From: Pseudomonadota bacterium
Lineage (GTDB): Archaea > Thermoplasmatota > SW-10-69-26 > JACQPN01 > JAJPHT01
NCBI GenBank assembly: GCA_021325135.1
Contig: JAJPHT010000045.1
Span: forward strand, 32,001-96,000
Length of the DNA: 64,000 nt
Direction: 5' to 3'
Of the stretch, positions 48,223 to 58,014 are shown piece by piece. The notes beneath the pieces were generated by a model. The model saw only the letters and a program-made list of their open reading frames with translations, did not search any database and had not been told where the DNA came from. The position numbers and the translations under genes were made by a program. How positions within the stretch are numbered: position 1 is the first letter of the stretch; the number at the start of each line of letters is the position of its first letter.

Positions 48223-50469
48223 ATGTCCTTCGTCGGAAGCCGGGCAGCCCGCGCCCCCACGCGGGACGCCCTCGCGCCCGTCCTCGGCGCCACCGTGGCC
48301 GCCGGAGCCGCCGCGCTCGCGGCCGCGCTCCTGGCCGCCCTGGGCGCGCCCGCGGCCGCCTTCCTCGCCCTCGCGCCCCTCGCGCTGGGCCCCGTGCTCT
48401 GGCCCGCGACCGCGGCGTTCGCGCTCCTCTTCTTCCTCCTCCAGAAGCAGGGGTTCGTGTTCCACTGGCGCGCCGAGAGCACCAAGGTGAGCCTCGACGA
48501 GATCGCGCTCTTCCTGGGCGTCCTGGCGTTGCCGCCCGCGCACGTCGTCCTGGGCGTCGCGGCCAGCTCCCTGGCGAGCCAGGTCGTCCACCGCAGGGCC
48601 GCGTACAAGGCGGCGTTCAACGTCGCGCAGTACGCCCTGGCCGCGACGGGCGCCGCGGGCGTCGCCCTGGCGATGCGCTCGTGGGGCGTCCCCTCGCCCT
48701 GGTTCGCCCTCGCCTCGCCCCTGGTCTTCAGCGTCACGACGAGCCTCCTCGTGAGCTTCCTCTTCGGCCGCATGGAGGGCGAGCCCGCGCTGCGCGTCTT
48801 CCGCGCGCGCTTCATGCCCTTCAGCGCCATGAGCGCGACGCTGGGCGCCTCGCTGGGCCTCGGCGTCGTCGCGCTGGCGTCCCTCTCGCCGTGGGCGACC
48901 CTCGCCGCGGTCCCCGTCTTCCTCCACGTGCGCCGCTTCGGCCGCCTCGCCGAGTGGGCCGACGCCGAGCTTCGCACGCACCAGCGCCTCGCCGCCATGA
49001 GCGCGGAGGTCGCCGGAAGCGCGGACCTCGACTCCGTCGCGACGCGCATCCTCGCCGCGTGCCGCGAGATCCTCGACGCGGGCGAGGTGCGCCTCCTGCT
49101 CTCGGGCGCGCAGGGCCCGCGGGAGTGGCGCGAGGGGCCGGGATCGGCCTCGGGCTCGGTCGCGGCGCTCGTGCAGGACGCGCGCGGGCAGGCCATCGGC
49201 TCGCTCAGCGCCGGCCCCAAGCGCGGCCAGCGCGCGTTCGGCGAGCGCGAGCGGCACCTCCTCCAGACCGTCGCGGCCAGCGTCGCCAGCGCGTCCGCCA
49301 ACGCGAGCGCGCTGCGCGCGGCCGAGGCCGCGAACCGCAGCCTCTCCGAGAGCGAGTCGCGCTATCGCACCCTCTTCGAGACGTCGCGCCTCCAGCTCCA
49401 CGTCCTGGACCGCGAGGGGCGCATCCTCGACCTCAACCCGGCCGCCGCGCGCATGCTGGGCCTGCCTCAGGAGGAGGCCGTGGGCCGCGCGCTGCCGGAG
49501 CTTCTCCCCGACGCCGCGGGCGTGCTGCGGGGCGCGCTGGAGGCGGGCTTCGCGCGGGGCGAGGCCCACGACGTGGAGTGCGCCTCGCGCGGCCAGCACT
49601 TCCTCCTCGACGCGCGCGCCCTGCCCGGCGAGCCCGCGCGCCTCGTCGTCTTCGCCCGCGACGTGACGCCCTTGAAGGCGCTGGAGGCCGAGCTTCGCGA
49701 ATCCAACCGCGTGCAGCACGAGACAATCCGCCGCCTGGAGAACATGAACCGCGAGCTGGAGGAGTTCACGCTCTGGACGACCCACGACATGCGCGAGCCG
49801 CTGCGCAGCATCGGCACCATCGCGGGTTTGCTCCACGAGGACCTCGACCGCGGCATCAGCCCCGAGGAGGCGCGCGACATGACGCGGCGCATCTGCGAGG
49901 GGAGCGAGCGCCTCAAGGAGCGCGTGAAGGCGCTCCACGCGTTCAGCCTCATCGTGCAGCGCGACGACGCGTTCGGCAACGTGGACCTCCAGGAGGTCGT
50001 GGACGTCGTCGTCGACAGCATGGAGGCGAAGGTGCGCGAGCGGCGCGCGCAGGTCGTCCTCCCGCGCGGGCGCTTCCCCATCGTGCGCGCCCAGCCGCAC
50101 CGCATCCACCAGGTGGTGGCGAACCTCGTGGAGAACGCCCTCAAGTACGGCCACGCCCAGGAGCCGCGCGTGGAGATCGGCCACGAGGAGACGCCCGAGG
50201 GGCTGCGCCTCTTCGTGCGCGACAACGGGCCGGGCATCCCCGCGCAGTACCACCACCGCATCTTCCAGCTCTTCCAGCGCGGCCCCGCGACGCAGGAGCC
50301 CGGCAGCGGCGCGGGCCTCGCCATCGTCAAGCGCATCGTGGAGCAGCACGGCGGGCGCGTCTGGGTGGAGAGCGAGGCCGGCCAGGGCGCGTGCTTCTAC
50401 GTGCTGCTCCCCTCGGAGACCGCCCGAAAGCCATTTGAAGGGGCCGAAGGCTCGCCCGCTCGCCCATGA
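48223..50469 (+). CDS. membrane sensor histidine kinase (TM bundle, GAF-like, PAS, HisKA, HATPase)
   Basis: THDMREPL H-box, NLVENALKY, DNGPGI, IFQLFQR, GSGAGLAI. Confidence 0.92.
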   Translation: MSFVGSRAARAPTRDALAPVLGATVAAGAAALAAALLAALGAPAAAFLALAPLALGPVLWPATAAFALLFFLLQKQGFVFHWRAESTKVSLDEIALFLGVLALPPAHVVLGVAASSLASQVVHRRAAYKAAFNVAQYALAATGAAGVALAMRSWGVPSPWFALASPLVFSVTTSLLVSFLFGRMEGEPALRVFRARFMPFSAMSATLGASLGLGVVALASLSPWATLAAVPVFLHVRRFGRLAEWADAELRTHQRLAAMSAEVAGSADLDSVATRILAACREILDAGEVRLLLSGAQGPREWREGPGSASGSVAALVQDARGQAIGSLSAGPKRGQRAFGERERHLLQTVAASVASASANASALRAAEAANRSLSESESRYRTLFETSRLQLHVLDREGRILDLNPAAARMLGLPQEEAVGRALPELLPDAAGVLRGALEAGFARGEAHDVECASRGQHFLLDARALPGEPARLVVFARDVTPLKALEAELRESNRVQHETIRRLENMNRELEEFTLWTTHDMREPLRSIGTIAGLLHEDLDRGISPEEARDMTRRICEGSERLKERVKALHAFSLIVQRDDAFGNVDLQEVVDVVVDSMEAKVRERRAQVVLPRGRFPIVRAQPHRIHQVVANLVENALKYGHAQEPRVEIGHEETPEGLRLFVRDNGPGIPAQYHHRIFQLFQRGPATQEPGSGAGLAIVKRIVEQHGGRVWVESEAGQGACFYVLLPSETARKPFEGAEGSPARP

Positions 50470-50585
50470 TCATCTGCAAGAGCTGCGGCCGCAAGATCGA
50501 GGCCTCGGAGGTCAAGTACCGGACCACCGAGAACGGCAAGAGCGTCACCATCTGCCCCGACTGCGCGAAGCAGCGCGGCATCTAG
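50466..50585 (+). CDS. 39-aa zinc-finger microprotein
   Basis: Not in the ORF track. MIICKSCGRKIEASEVKYRTTENGKSVTICPDCAKQRGI; ATGA overlap with the kinase stop. Confidence 0.75.
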   Translation: MIICKSCGRKIEASEVKYRTTENGKSVTICPDCAKQRGI

Positions 50586-50637
50586 GCCCCACGCGGGGAT
50601 CGAAAGGGTCTTCCTGGGGCCCGGGCCTCGCGAAGGC

Positions 50638-50817
50638 ATGGACCTTCTCGCTTCGCTGCCCGTGCTCTCGCGGACGCAGGCCATCGTCGCCGCGGTCATC
50701 GTCGTCGTCCTGGTCCTCCTTGCGTGGAAGTTCCTCAAGTTCGCGTTCAAGGTCGCGATCATCGTCGCCGCGGCCGTGCTCATCTACCTCGCCATCCACG
50801 CTGCGGGGATCGTTTGA
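50638..50817 (+). CDS. 59-aa two-TM membrane protein
   Basis: Not in the ORF track. MDLLASLPVLSRTQAIVAAVIVVVLVLLAWKFLKFAFKVAIIVAAAVLIYLAIHAAGIV. Confidence 0.7.
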   Translation: MDLLASLPVLSRTQAIVAAVIVVVLVLLAWKFLKFAFKVAIIVAAAVLIYLAIHAAGIV

Positions 50818-50874
50818 GCCGGGCGAGGCCGGGAAGCCGCCATCTTGATTCCCTGGGGCGGCGCGGTACACGCG

Positions 50875-51654
50875 ATGCGCCGGCGCATCGCCTTCCCCCT
50901 CCTCGCCCTCCTCGTCTCCGTCCTGGCCGGGTGCGCGGCCGGGCCCTCGCAGAGCTCGGCGGGCACGCCCCCCGGGACCACGCCGACGAGCGCCACGCCC
51001 GCGTCCAACGCCACCAACGACAGCGCGGCCTTCCTGCTCGTGGGCCCTGAGCTGCGCTTCCCCAACGGCACGGCCTCCACGGCGTTCCACGAGGACGACG
51101 CCATCGTCGCGCACTACGTCATCTCCCTCACGCCCGGCGCGCCCCACGACGCGACGGCCCTCGCGGCCTACCTGGTGAACGGCAAGGTCGTCGACGTGCA
51201 GACCGTCCACCTGAGGCCCGGCGAGTCGCGCCCCTTCGACGCCGCCGTCTCCCTGGCCAACCAGACGATGCTGCGCGTCCAGGTGAAGGTGGGCGCGGCG
51301 GAGGGCGACGCCACCGCGAGCATCGTGCGCTGGCCGCGCGTCAACGAGACGTTCATGCTGGGCAACGCCAGCGTGACGCTCACCTGGTGGGCGCACGACG
51401 CGCAGGGCGTCCACGCGGACCTCTCCGTCTGGACGCCGCCGGAGGGCAGCGTGACCGCGCTGGACGCCGCGCTCCTCTGCCCCGGCTCCGAGGGCAAGCT
51501 CGCCTCGGGCGGCGCCCAGCCCGTCCCCATGGCGCCCGGCCAGGCGGCCGCCTCCTCGCTGGACTTCCCGCCCTGCACGTGGCCCTACGGCCTGGCGCTG
51601 TCCGCTTCCGACGCGGGCGGGACGCATCTCGGCCGGGTCCTCTTCGGGCAGTAG
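50875..51654 (+). CDS. lipoprotein
   Basis: MRRR + hydrophobic + LAGC lipobox; S/T/P linker; beta-rich domains. Confidence 0.75.
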   Translation: MRRRIAFPLLALLVSVLAGCAAGPSQSSAGTPPGTTPTSATPASNATNDSAAFLLVGPELRFPNGTASTAFHEDDAIVAHYVISLTPGAPHDATALAAYLVNGKVVDVQTVHLRPGESRPFDAAVSLANQTMLRVQVKVGAAEGDATASIVRWPRVNETFMLGNASVTLTWWAHDAQGVHADLSVWTPPEGSVTALDAALLCPGSEGKLASGGAQPVPMAPGQAAASSLDFPPCTWPYGLALSASDAGGTHLGRVLFGQ

Positions 51655-51766
51655 CCCATGCGATATCAAGGACGGGACAAGGTCCCCTGGGGCCCGGGCC
51701 CGCTCAGTTTCCCTGCGCATCCACAAAGGGGAAGGCTGGCCCCCGCCGAGAAGGGGACCAGTGCCC

Positions 51767-52648
51767 ATGAGGAAGCTCCTGATCGCGGTCGCGCTCCTGG
51801 CGCTGGCCGCCACCCTTCCCGCCGCGTCCGCCCTCGAGGCGCGCGTCAGCGTCCAGGCCCGCGCGCCCGACGCCGCGCTCCCCCAGGTCCCGGCGATCCC
51901 CGCGGCGCCCCACGCCTCCCTGACCCCCCTTCCGCACGTCGCGGTCCCCGCCCCCGCGCTGCCCGTGGGCGCCAAGGCCTCCGCGGGCGGGGCGGACCTC
52001 ACCATCACCCCCGCCTCGGCGCCCCAGGCCGCGCCCGACCCGGCGCCGGACGCCGCCGCGAAGCTCGTCCCCCTCGCCCGCAAGGCCGCGCCCCCCGCCA
52101 TCGCGGCGGCCGGCCTCTTCGCGCTCCTCCAGTCGCTGGGCGCCTTCCGCTTCGCCGGCGCGGGCGCCTTCGCCCTCTACTCGCGCCTCACGCGCAGCAA
52201 CCTCCTGGACAACGGGCACCGCGACCGAGTCTACAAGCTCATCCAGGAGTCGCCCGGCCTCAACGTGAGCGAGATCGGCCAGCGCGCCGGCCTCGGCTGG
52301 GGCACCACGGTCTACCACCTCGACCGCCTGGAGCGCGAAGGCTTCGTCGCCGCCGAGCGCGCGGGCCTCTCCAAGCGCTTCTTCGCCGTCGGCCTGGTCG
52401 ACCGCGAGACGCGCCGCACCACCGCGCAGCTCAAGGACGGCCCCCGCCGCGACGTGGCCGCCGTCCTCCTCGCCACCCCGGGCATCACCCAGAGCGAGCT
52501 TGCCGCCACCCTGGGCATGAGCGCCTCCGCCGCATCCAAGCAGGTCACCAAGCTGGAGAGCGCGGGGCTCGTGCGCCGCGAGCGCGACTGGAAGACGGTG
52601 CGGCTCTTCCCGGGGCCCGCCCTCTCGGCGGCGCCGCTCCCGGCGTGA
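51767..52648 (+). CDS. membrane-associated double winged-helix transcriptional regulator
   Basis: Signal peptide, P/A linker, hydrophobic helix, then LYSRL...LLDN..R..PG..YHL and PGITQSELA wHTH pair. Confidence 0.8.
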   Translation: MRKLLIAVALLALAATLPAASALEARVSVQARAPDAALPQVPAIPAAPHASLTPLPHVAVPAPALPVGAKASAGGADLTITPASAPQAAPDPAPDAAAKLVPLARKAAPPAIAAAGLFALLQSLGAFRFAGAGAFALYSRLTRSNLLDNGHRDRVYKLIQESPGLNVSEIGQRAGLGWGTTVYHLDRLEREGFVAAERAGLSKRFFAVGLVDRETRRTTAQLKDGPRRDVAAVLLATPGITQSELAATLGMSASAASKQVTKLESAGLVRRERDWKTVRLFPGPALSAAPLPA

Positions 52649-52663
52649 TCGCCACAGGGGCGC

Positions 52664-53218
52664 TCAGAGCGGCGCGATCCGCCCGAAGGAGCCCAGCGTC
52701 ACGATGGCGGGCTCGTCCTCCAGGCGCTCCTCGCGGCCGTCGGCCCACCACACGGCGCCCTGCGCCTTGCCGCGCAGCGCGAGGTCCACGCCCCAGCAGG
52801 TGAAGCGCTTCGAGCCCCACACGGGCCGGCCCTCGCCGCCGTAGGGCGCCTGCTGCGGCGTCGCGTCCGCAGGCGCCACCAGCGTCATCTCCGCCAGCGC
52901 GATGGGGCCCACCTCGGCGCGCAGCATGCCCGCGACCACGCGCCCGTCGCCGCGCTCGGTGAGGAGCAGGTCGTCCTCGGGCACGCGGTGCGTCTCGCAC
53001 TCGGGGTAGCGCTCCGCCATGAAGCGCGCGCCCGCCTCGGAGGAGACGTACACGGTGGCCGGGACGCTGGTGGAGGCGCCCAGCACGATGAAGACGTCGA
53101 AGACGCCGTGCGTCGGGCTGCGGATGCGGCACCACTCGAAGCGGCCCTCGACGTGCGCGAAGGGGGCGAAGAACTCGTAGGCGACGCCGGGGCCGTCGGG
53201 CGGGCGCAGGAAGCTCAC
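52664..53218 (-). CDS. hypothetical protein
   Basis: Good codon bias from GTG 53218. Confidence 0.6.
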   Translation of the reverse strand: MSFLRPPDGPGVAYEFFAPFAHVEGRFEWCRIRSPTHGVFDVFIVLGASTSVPATVYVSSEAGARFMAERYPECETHRVPEDDLLLTERGDGRVVAGMLRAEVGPIALAEMTLVAPADATPQQAPYGGEGRPVWGSKRFTCWGVDLALRGKAQGAVWWADGREERLEDEPAIVTLGSFGRIAPL

Positions 53219-53436
53219 GCGGCGCGCAGGCCGCGACGCTGGCTTGAGCCTTCGCCGCGGGGCGGCGCCGCGGCCAAGCCCCCTGGCTTCCGACGCGCCG
53301 CCCGCGAGCTTGCTCCCCCTTTGGGGCCGCTCCGGCGGTGCGGTCCAGAACTGACATGCCCTGGGACGCCGCACGAGCACCCGAGGGCCATGGAGATCCG
53401 AAGACGAGGCTCCCCATCGCCGGGCGGGCCGGGCCC

Positions 53437-54003
53437 GTGACGACCTACCAGCCGGAGCAGTGGGAAGGCTTCTTCCTGGCGGTCGGCGGGGGCGCTGCGG
53501 TCCTCACGGGCCTCGTCGTGGTGGCCATGTCGATGCACCTGCCCGTGATCACGGCCGACCCCGCGCTCCGGCATCGCGCCCGGATGATCCTCGCGAGCCT
53601 GGCGGGCGTGTTCATGCGCTGCTCGCTCGCCCTCATGGGCGGCCAGGACGGACGCGCGGTCGCCATCGATCTCTTCGCCGTCTGCCTGGTTCTGGTCGTC
53701 CTCAACCTGCGCAGCTACGCCCCCGTCGCGAAGAGCCACGTGGCGCATCGCGTCTCGCGGCTGCGGACGATGGGCGGGATCGCCTGCTACGGCGCCGAGA
53801 TGATCGGCGCGGCCCTCCTGTTCTCCGGCGTGGGGTGGGGGCTCCACGTGGCCGCCGTCGCCATGGTGGCCAGCTTCGCCGTCATGATCAGCAGCTCCTG
53901 GCTCCTCCTGCTCGGGGTCCGGCCGGACGAGAACCCTTCTCCGGAGGACGCCCGCGGCGTGGCCCGGCGCGTCCGGCTGCCGTCGCGGGACCCGCGGGGA
54001 TGA
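53437..54003 (+). CDS. conserved hypothetical membrane protein
   Basis: WEGFFLAVGGGAAVLTGLVVVAMS N-terminal motif; about 5 TM. Confidence 0.65.
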   Translation: MTTYQPEQWEGFFLAVGGGAAVLTGLVVVAMSMHLPVITADPALRHRARMILASLAGVFMRCSLALMGGQDGRAVAIDLFAVCLVLVVLNLRSYAPVAKSHVAHRVSRLRTMGGIACYGAEMIGAALLFSGVGWGLHVAAVAMVASFAVMISSSWLLLLGVRPDENPSPEDARGVARRVRLPSRDPRG

Positions 54004-54375
54004 CGCCGCGCGCCCAGAATGCGGGGCCGAGGGCTGTCCGAAGCTCCCCTGTCGCCGCGCGCTAACAGTGCAATTCCTCGTCCGCAAGCGGGCATCACAC
54101 CGCCGTGCGGCCTCCTTTTCCTGACCCGCGCGCGGGCTTCTCGGGGAGCGGGACTTCTTCTGCGGCCCCCGGTTGAACCGCGATCAACGCATGAGGCTCG
54201 CGCCTCGCTCCAGCGGTGGCCCAATGGCCAGGGACCCGTGTGCGCCCTCCCCGCGGGGGCCCCGTCACAGGTCGGGGGCCGGTCGTGGAGCGGGCAAGCC
54301 CCCTCAGGCCTCCTCGCGGATAGCCTTTCCGGCGCGCGCGAAAACCCTTTGAGCGGGGCGTGGCTTGCCGCGCCG

Positions 54376-55929
54376 ATGGCCGTCCGCCGGCTGCTGCCCC
54401 TCCTGCTCCTCGTGGTCCTCCTGGCGCCCCTGGCGAGCGCGGAGGACGCGCCGGTCATCGTGGAGCGCGCGGACGCCGGGGGCCTCTCCGCCGACGTGGG
54501 GCAGGACGCGACGGCCGTGCTCGCGCTCTCGAACCTCAACCCGTCGACGGACTTCTACGTGAACGTCCACGTGGACGGCGCGCCGGGCTGGTCCGTGCGC
54601 GTGCAGCCCAACGACTTCCTGCTCCCGGTCCGTCCGGCGGCGGGGCGCGTGCCCACCAACGTGACCGTGACGTTCAGCGCGATGGAGCGGCCCCGCGCGG
54701 ACGCGGTCTTCCACGTGAACGTCAGCATCGTGAGCACCGCGACGGGCGCGCTCACGAGCGTCGTGCAGGACGTCGCCGTGGCCAACGCCGCGCCGCCCCT
54801 CGTGCTCGAGGCGTTCCAGAACCCGCTGGGCCCCCCGCTGGACAACGTGTGGGGCACGTTCCTCCTGGACATGGCCTTCTGGGTGGTCGCCTCCGTGGCG
54901 GCCGTCTTCGCGGGCAACTGGGTGATCCGCGTCGCCACGCTGCGCGCCGCCAAGTACGTCTCCACCGAGATGGCGCAGAAGCTCAGGCTGCCCCTCTTCC
55001 TCTTCGCGCTCTCGCTGGGCTTCTCGTCGAGCCTGCACGTGCTTCCGCGCAACTTCTTCACCGAGGAGGTCGCGCGCATCGCGCTGGCCATCGGCGTGGG
55101 CGTCTTCGGCCTCTACGTGCTCTACAAGCTCATGGACGCCGGGCTCTACTACTACGAGAAGGAGATCGCGCCGCGCACCGAGACGAAGATGGACGACGTG
55201 ATCATCCCCGTCGTGCGCAAGGTGGGCGTCGTCGTGCTCTGGGTCGTGGGCGGCGTGCTCACGCTGCGCCAGCTGGGCTGGGACCCGACGGTCATCTTCG
55301 CGGGCGCCTCCATCGCGGGCATCGTGATCGGTTTCGCCGCGCAGGACACGCTGGGCAACCTCTTCAGCGGCGTCTTCATCATGCTCGACCAGCCCTTCGT
55401 CGAGGGCGACGACATCATGCTGGAGACGGGCGAGACGGCGCGCGTGGAGACCATCGGCCTGCGCACGACGCGGCTTTACAACTACATGACGCACGAGAGC
55501 ATCATCGTGCCCAACAACGGCCTCGCGTCCAAGCGCATCGTCAACCACACGGGGCCCGACTCCAAGTACCGCCTCTCCGTGGACGTGGGCGCGGACTACG
55601 GCTCCGACCCCGAGACGGTGCGCCGCGTCCTCCTCCAGGTGGCGGAGGCGCACCCCAAGGTCCTCAAGGAGGCGCCCTGGGAGCCGCGCGTGCGCTTCAA
55701 GAGCTTCGGCGACTCCAGCCTGGACTTCACGCTGCGCGTCACGATCCCCGAGTTCAAGGACCGCAACGAGATCGCCTCCGACCTGCGCTTCGGCATCAAG
55801 AAGGCCTTCGAGCAGAACGGCATCGACATCCCCTTCCCCCACCGGACGCTCGTGGTCAAGGGCGACGGAGCGGCCAAGGTGCTCACGCCCTCCGTGGACT
55901 CCCCCGACGCTCCCCCGAAGAAGCGCTGA
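54376..55929 (+). CDS. MscS mechanosensitive channel with extracellular N-domain
   Basis: GFAAQDTLGNLFSG, PFVEGD, IGLRTT, IVPN, FGDSSLDF, IDIPFP. Confidence 0.92.
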   Translation: MAVRRLLPLLLLVVLLAPLASAEDAPVIVERADAGGLSADVGQDATAVLALSNLNPSTDFYVNVHVDGAPGWSVRVQPNDFLLPVRPAAGRVPTNVTVTFSAMERPRADAVFHVNVSIVSTATGALTSVVQDVAVANAAPPLVLEAFQNPLGPPLDNVWGTFLLDMAFWVVASVAAVFAGNWVIRVATLRAAKYVSTEMAQKLRLPLFLFALSLGFSSSLHVLPRNFFTEEVARIALAIGVGVFGLYVLYKLMDAGLYYYEKEIAPRTETKMDDVIIPVVRKVGVVVLWVVGGVLTLRQLGWDPTVIFAGASIAGIVIGFAAQDTLGNLFSGVFIMLDQPFVEGDDIMLETGETARVETIGLRTTRLYNYMTHESIIVPNNGLASKRIVNHTGPDSKYRLSVDVGADYGSDPETVRRVLLQVAEAHPKVLKEAPWEPRVRFKSFGDSSLDFTLRVTIPEFKDRNEIASDLRFGIKKAFEQNGIDIPFPHRTLVVKGDGAAKVLTPSVDSPDAPPKKR

Positions 55930-55957
55930 GCCCGCCGCTGCTTGCCTCCCTGGTCAA

Positions 55958-56057
55958 GGGTCCAAAGAACGCGATGAGCGCGAAGAGCGCCAAGGACGCG
56001 ACGAAAGGAGACTTCGCGACCTTGGCGCTCTTCGCGCTCTTTGCGTTCTTTGGACCC
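55958..56057. repeat. 100-bp palindrome built from roughly 9-nt units
   Basis: 44-bp arms with 3 mismatches; units like CGCGAAGAG/CGCCAAGGA. Confidence 0.8.
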
Positions 56058-56152
56058 GCAAGACCAGCGAGGCAAGCCATTCGGGCTCGGGCGCGTTCGC
56101 GCGTTGATCCAAAAGCGCCAACCTGCCGCAGGCTGCCGGGGGCGCGACGCCC

Positions 56153-57781
56153 ATGGAGTCCGTGTCCCATCGCCCTGCGAGCAAGCTTGCCTGGAGGGAC
56201 CTCCGGTGGGGCGCGCTCCTGAAGCACGCCTGGCTGCTGCCCATCCTCGCCCTCGCGCTCTGGCTGCGCCTCGCGGGTATCGGCGACCACCACCTCTACG
56301 GCGACGAGGCCGAGTACGCCATCGTCGCGCGCTACCTCAGCCGCGACTTCCTGTTCCTCTCCTACCCCGCCATCGATCCGTTCTCGACGGCTCCGTTCGT
56401 CTCGCAGCCGCCGCTGCTCCTCTACGTGACGGCGCTCTTCATGCGCGTCATGGGGCCCACCGACATGGCGGCGCTCCTGCCGCCCATCCTCTTCGGCACG
56501 GCGACCGTGGCCGTCACCTACGCGCTGGGCAACCGGCTGGGCGGCCGCTTCGTGGGCCTCGCCGCCGCGGCGGTCATCGCGGTGCTGCCCTTCCACGTGC
56601 AGATGAGCCGCCGCGCGATGCTCGACTCGGGGTTCGTCTTCTTCGTCGCGCTCACGGCGTACTTCCTCGTGCGCTGGCTCCAGACGCGCACGCGCGGCTC
56701 GGCGCTGGGCGTGGGCATCGCGGGCGCGTGCGCCGCGCTGGCGAAGCTCCCCGGCGTGCTGATCCTCTTCGTGGCCGCCATCGCGTTCGTCGCCGCGGTG
56801 GGCCTCGTCGTCGCGCGCCGCGCGCGCGGCAAGGCCACGCCCGCCGAGGTGCGCGAGACGCTGGTGCAGGGGGGCCTGGGCGTGGCGCCTGTCGTCGTGG
56901 GCGCGCTCCTCTACCTCGCGCTCCTCTGGAAGCTCCAGGCCATCACGAACCTCTGGGTGAAGCTCATCTGGCAGGCGGGCCGCGTCAACACCGCCAGCGC
57001 CGCCTTCGTGGACGTCGCGCAGCAGACGCGCGACTGGTCGTGGTACCTCACCGACCCCAAGTTCAGCTTCGGCGCCGAGTTCGGCCGCCCGATCCTCGTG
57101 CTGGGCCTCCTTGGCCTGGCCATCGGGCTCGCCCGCTTCCTGAGGCGCCCCGCCGCGCGCCTGGAGCACCTCGTCGCGCCCCTGGCGGCCGTCGTCATGG
57201 CGGCGTTCTTCTTCTACAGCGACCGCAAGGAGGGGTTCTACCTCCTGCCCTTCGCGCCCTTCCTCGCGCTGGGCGTCGGCTTCGCGGGCGCCGCGCTGCG
57301 CGACCTGCTCGCGTGGGCGAACATCCGCCTCACGCGCGACGGGGCGCCGCGCTTCGCCCCCATCGCCATCGGCGTCGCGGCCATCCTCGTCGCGGTGCCC
57401 GCCTACGGCGCCGCCAACGACAGCTATCACATCTTCGCCCTGGGCGAGTCGCAGGAGAAGTACCTGGGCGAGGGCACGCAGGAGGCGGCGGACTACATCC
57501 ACCAGCACGATCCCGACGCCATCCAGTACGGCACGCTCCTGGGCCGCTTCACGCTCTACTGGTACAACGAGCAGCCCGCGTACCACTGGTACGTCGACCA
57601 CACGTTCGTCGAGAGCCAGATCGAGGCGGGCCACCTCAAGTACGTCGTCAAGGACAACTACATCGGCCTGCCCTTCGACGACCAGTACCTCAACGACCTC
57701 ATCAACCAGCACCACGGCAAGCTCGTGGCGGAGTACCACCACGGATGGGGCAAGGTGCAGGTGTTCGAGGTATCGCCCTGA
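56153..57781 (+). CDS. ArnT/PMT-family (GT-C) glycosyltransferase
   Basis: LRL...DEAEY, QPPL, SRRAMLD, many TM. Confidence 0.85.
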   Translation: MESVSHRPASKLAWRDLRWGALLKHAWLLPILALALWLRLAGIGDHHLYGDEAEYAIVARYLSRDFLFLSYPAIDPFSTAPFVSQPPLLLYVTALFMRVMGPTDMAALLPPILFGTATVAVTYALGNRLGGRFVGLAAAAVIAVLPFHVQMSRRAMLDSGFVFFVALTAYFLVRWLQTRTRGSALGVGIAGACAALAKLPGVLILFVAAIAFVAAVGLVVARRARGKATPAEVRETLVQGGLGVAPVVVGALLYLALLWKLQAITNLWVKLIWQAGRVNTASAAFVDVAQQTRDWSWYLTDPKFSFGAEFGRPILVLGLLGLAIGLARFLRRPAARLEHLVAPLAAVVMAAFFFYSDRKEGFYLLPFAPFLALGVGFAGAALRDLLAWANIRLTRDGAPRFAPIAIGVAAILVAVPAYGAANDSYHIFALGESQEKYLGEGTQEAADYIHQHDPDAIQYGTLLGRFTLYWYNEQPAYHWYVDHTFVESQIEAGHLKYVVKDNYIGLPFDDQYLNDLINQHHGKLVAEYHHGWGKVQVFEVSP

Positions 57782-57827
57782 AACAAACGGTCGTCGCGCG
57801 CGCCGCAGCGCGCGCACCCACGGGGGT

Positions 57828-57849
57828 TTCAGGGGGCGAAGCCCCCTGA
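57828..57849. repeat. REP-like hairpin
   Basis: TCAGGGGGC-GAA-GCCCCCTGA preceded by GGGGTT. Confidence 0.5.
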
Positions 57850-58014
57850 CGTGAAGCCCCGCTCCAGCCGACGGCCAAACTCGGGGATTTTTCTCGGCCT
57901 CGCGCGCGGGCGTTCGCGCCTGGAGAATCCCCTCGCGGAGCCCGCGCACGAGGGCCCATCACCCGCTCGCCACGACTGGGCAACGTCCAAGCGAGGGGAC
58001 TCCGATCCCGCTTC

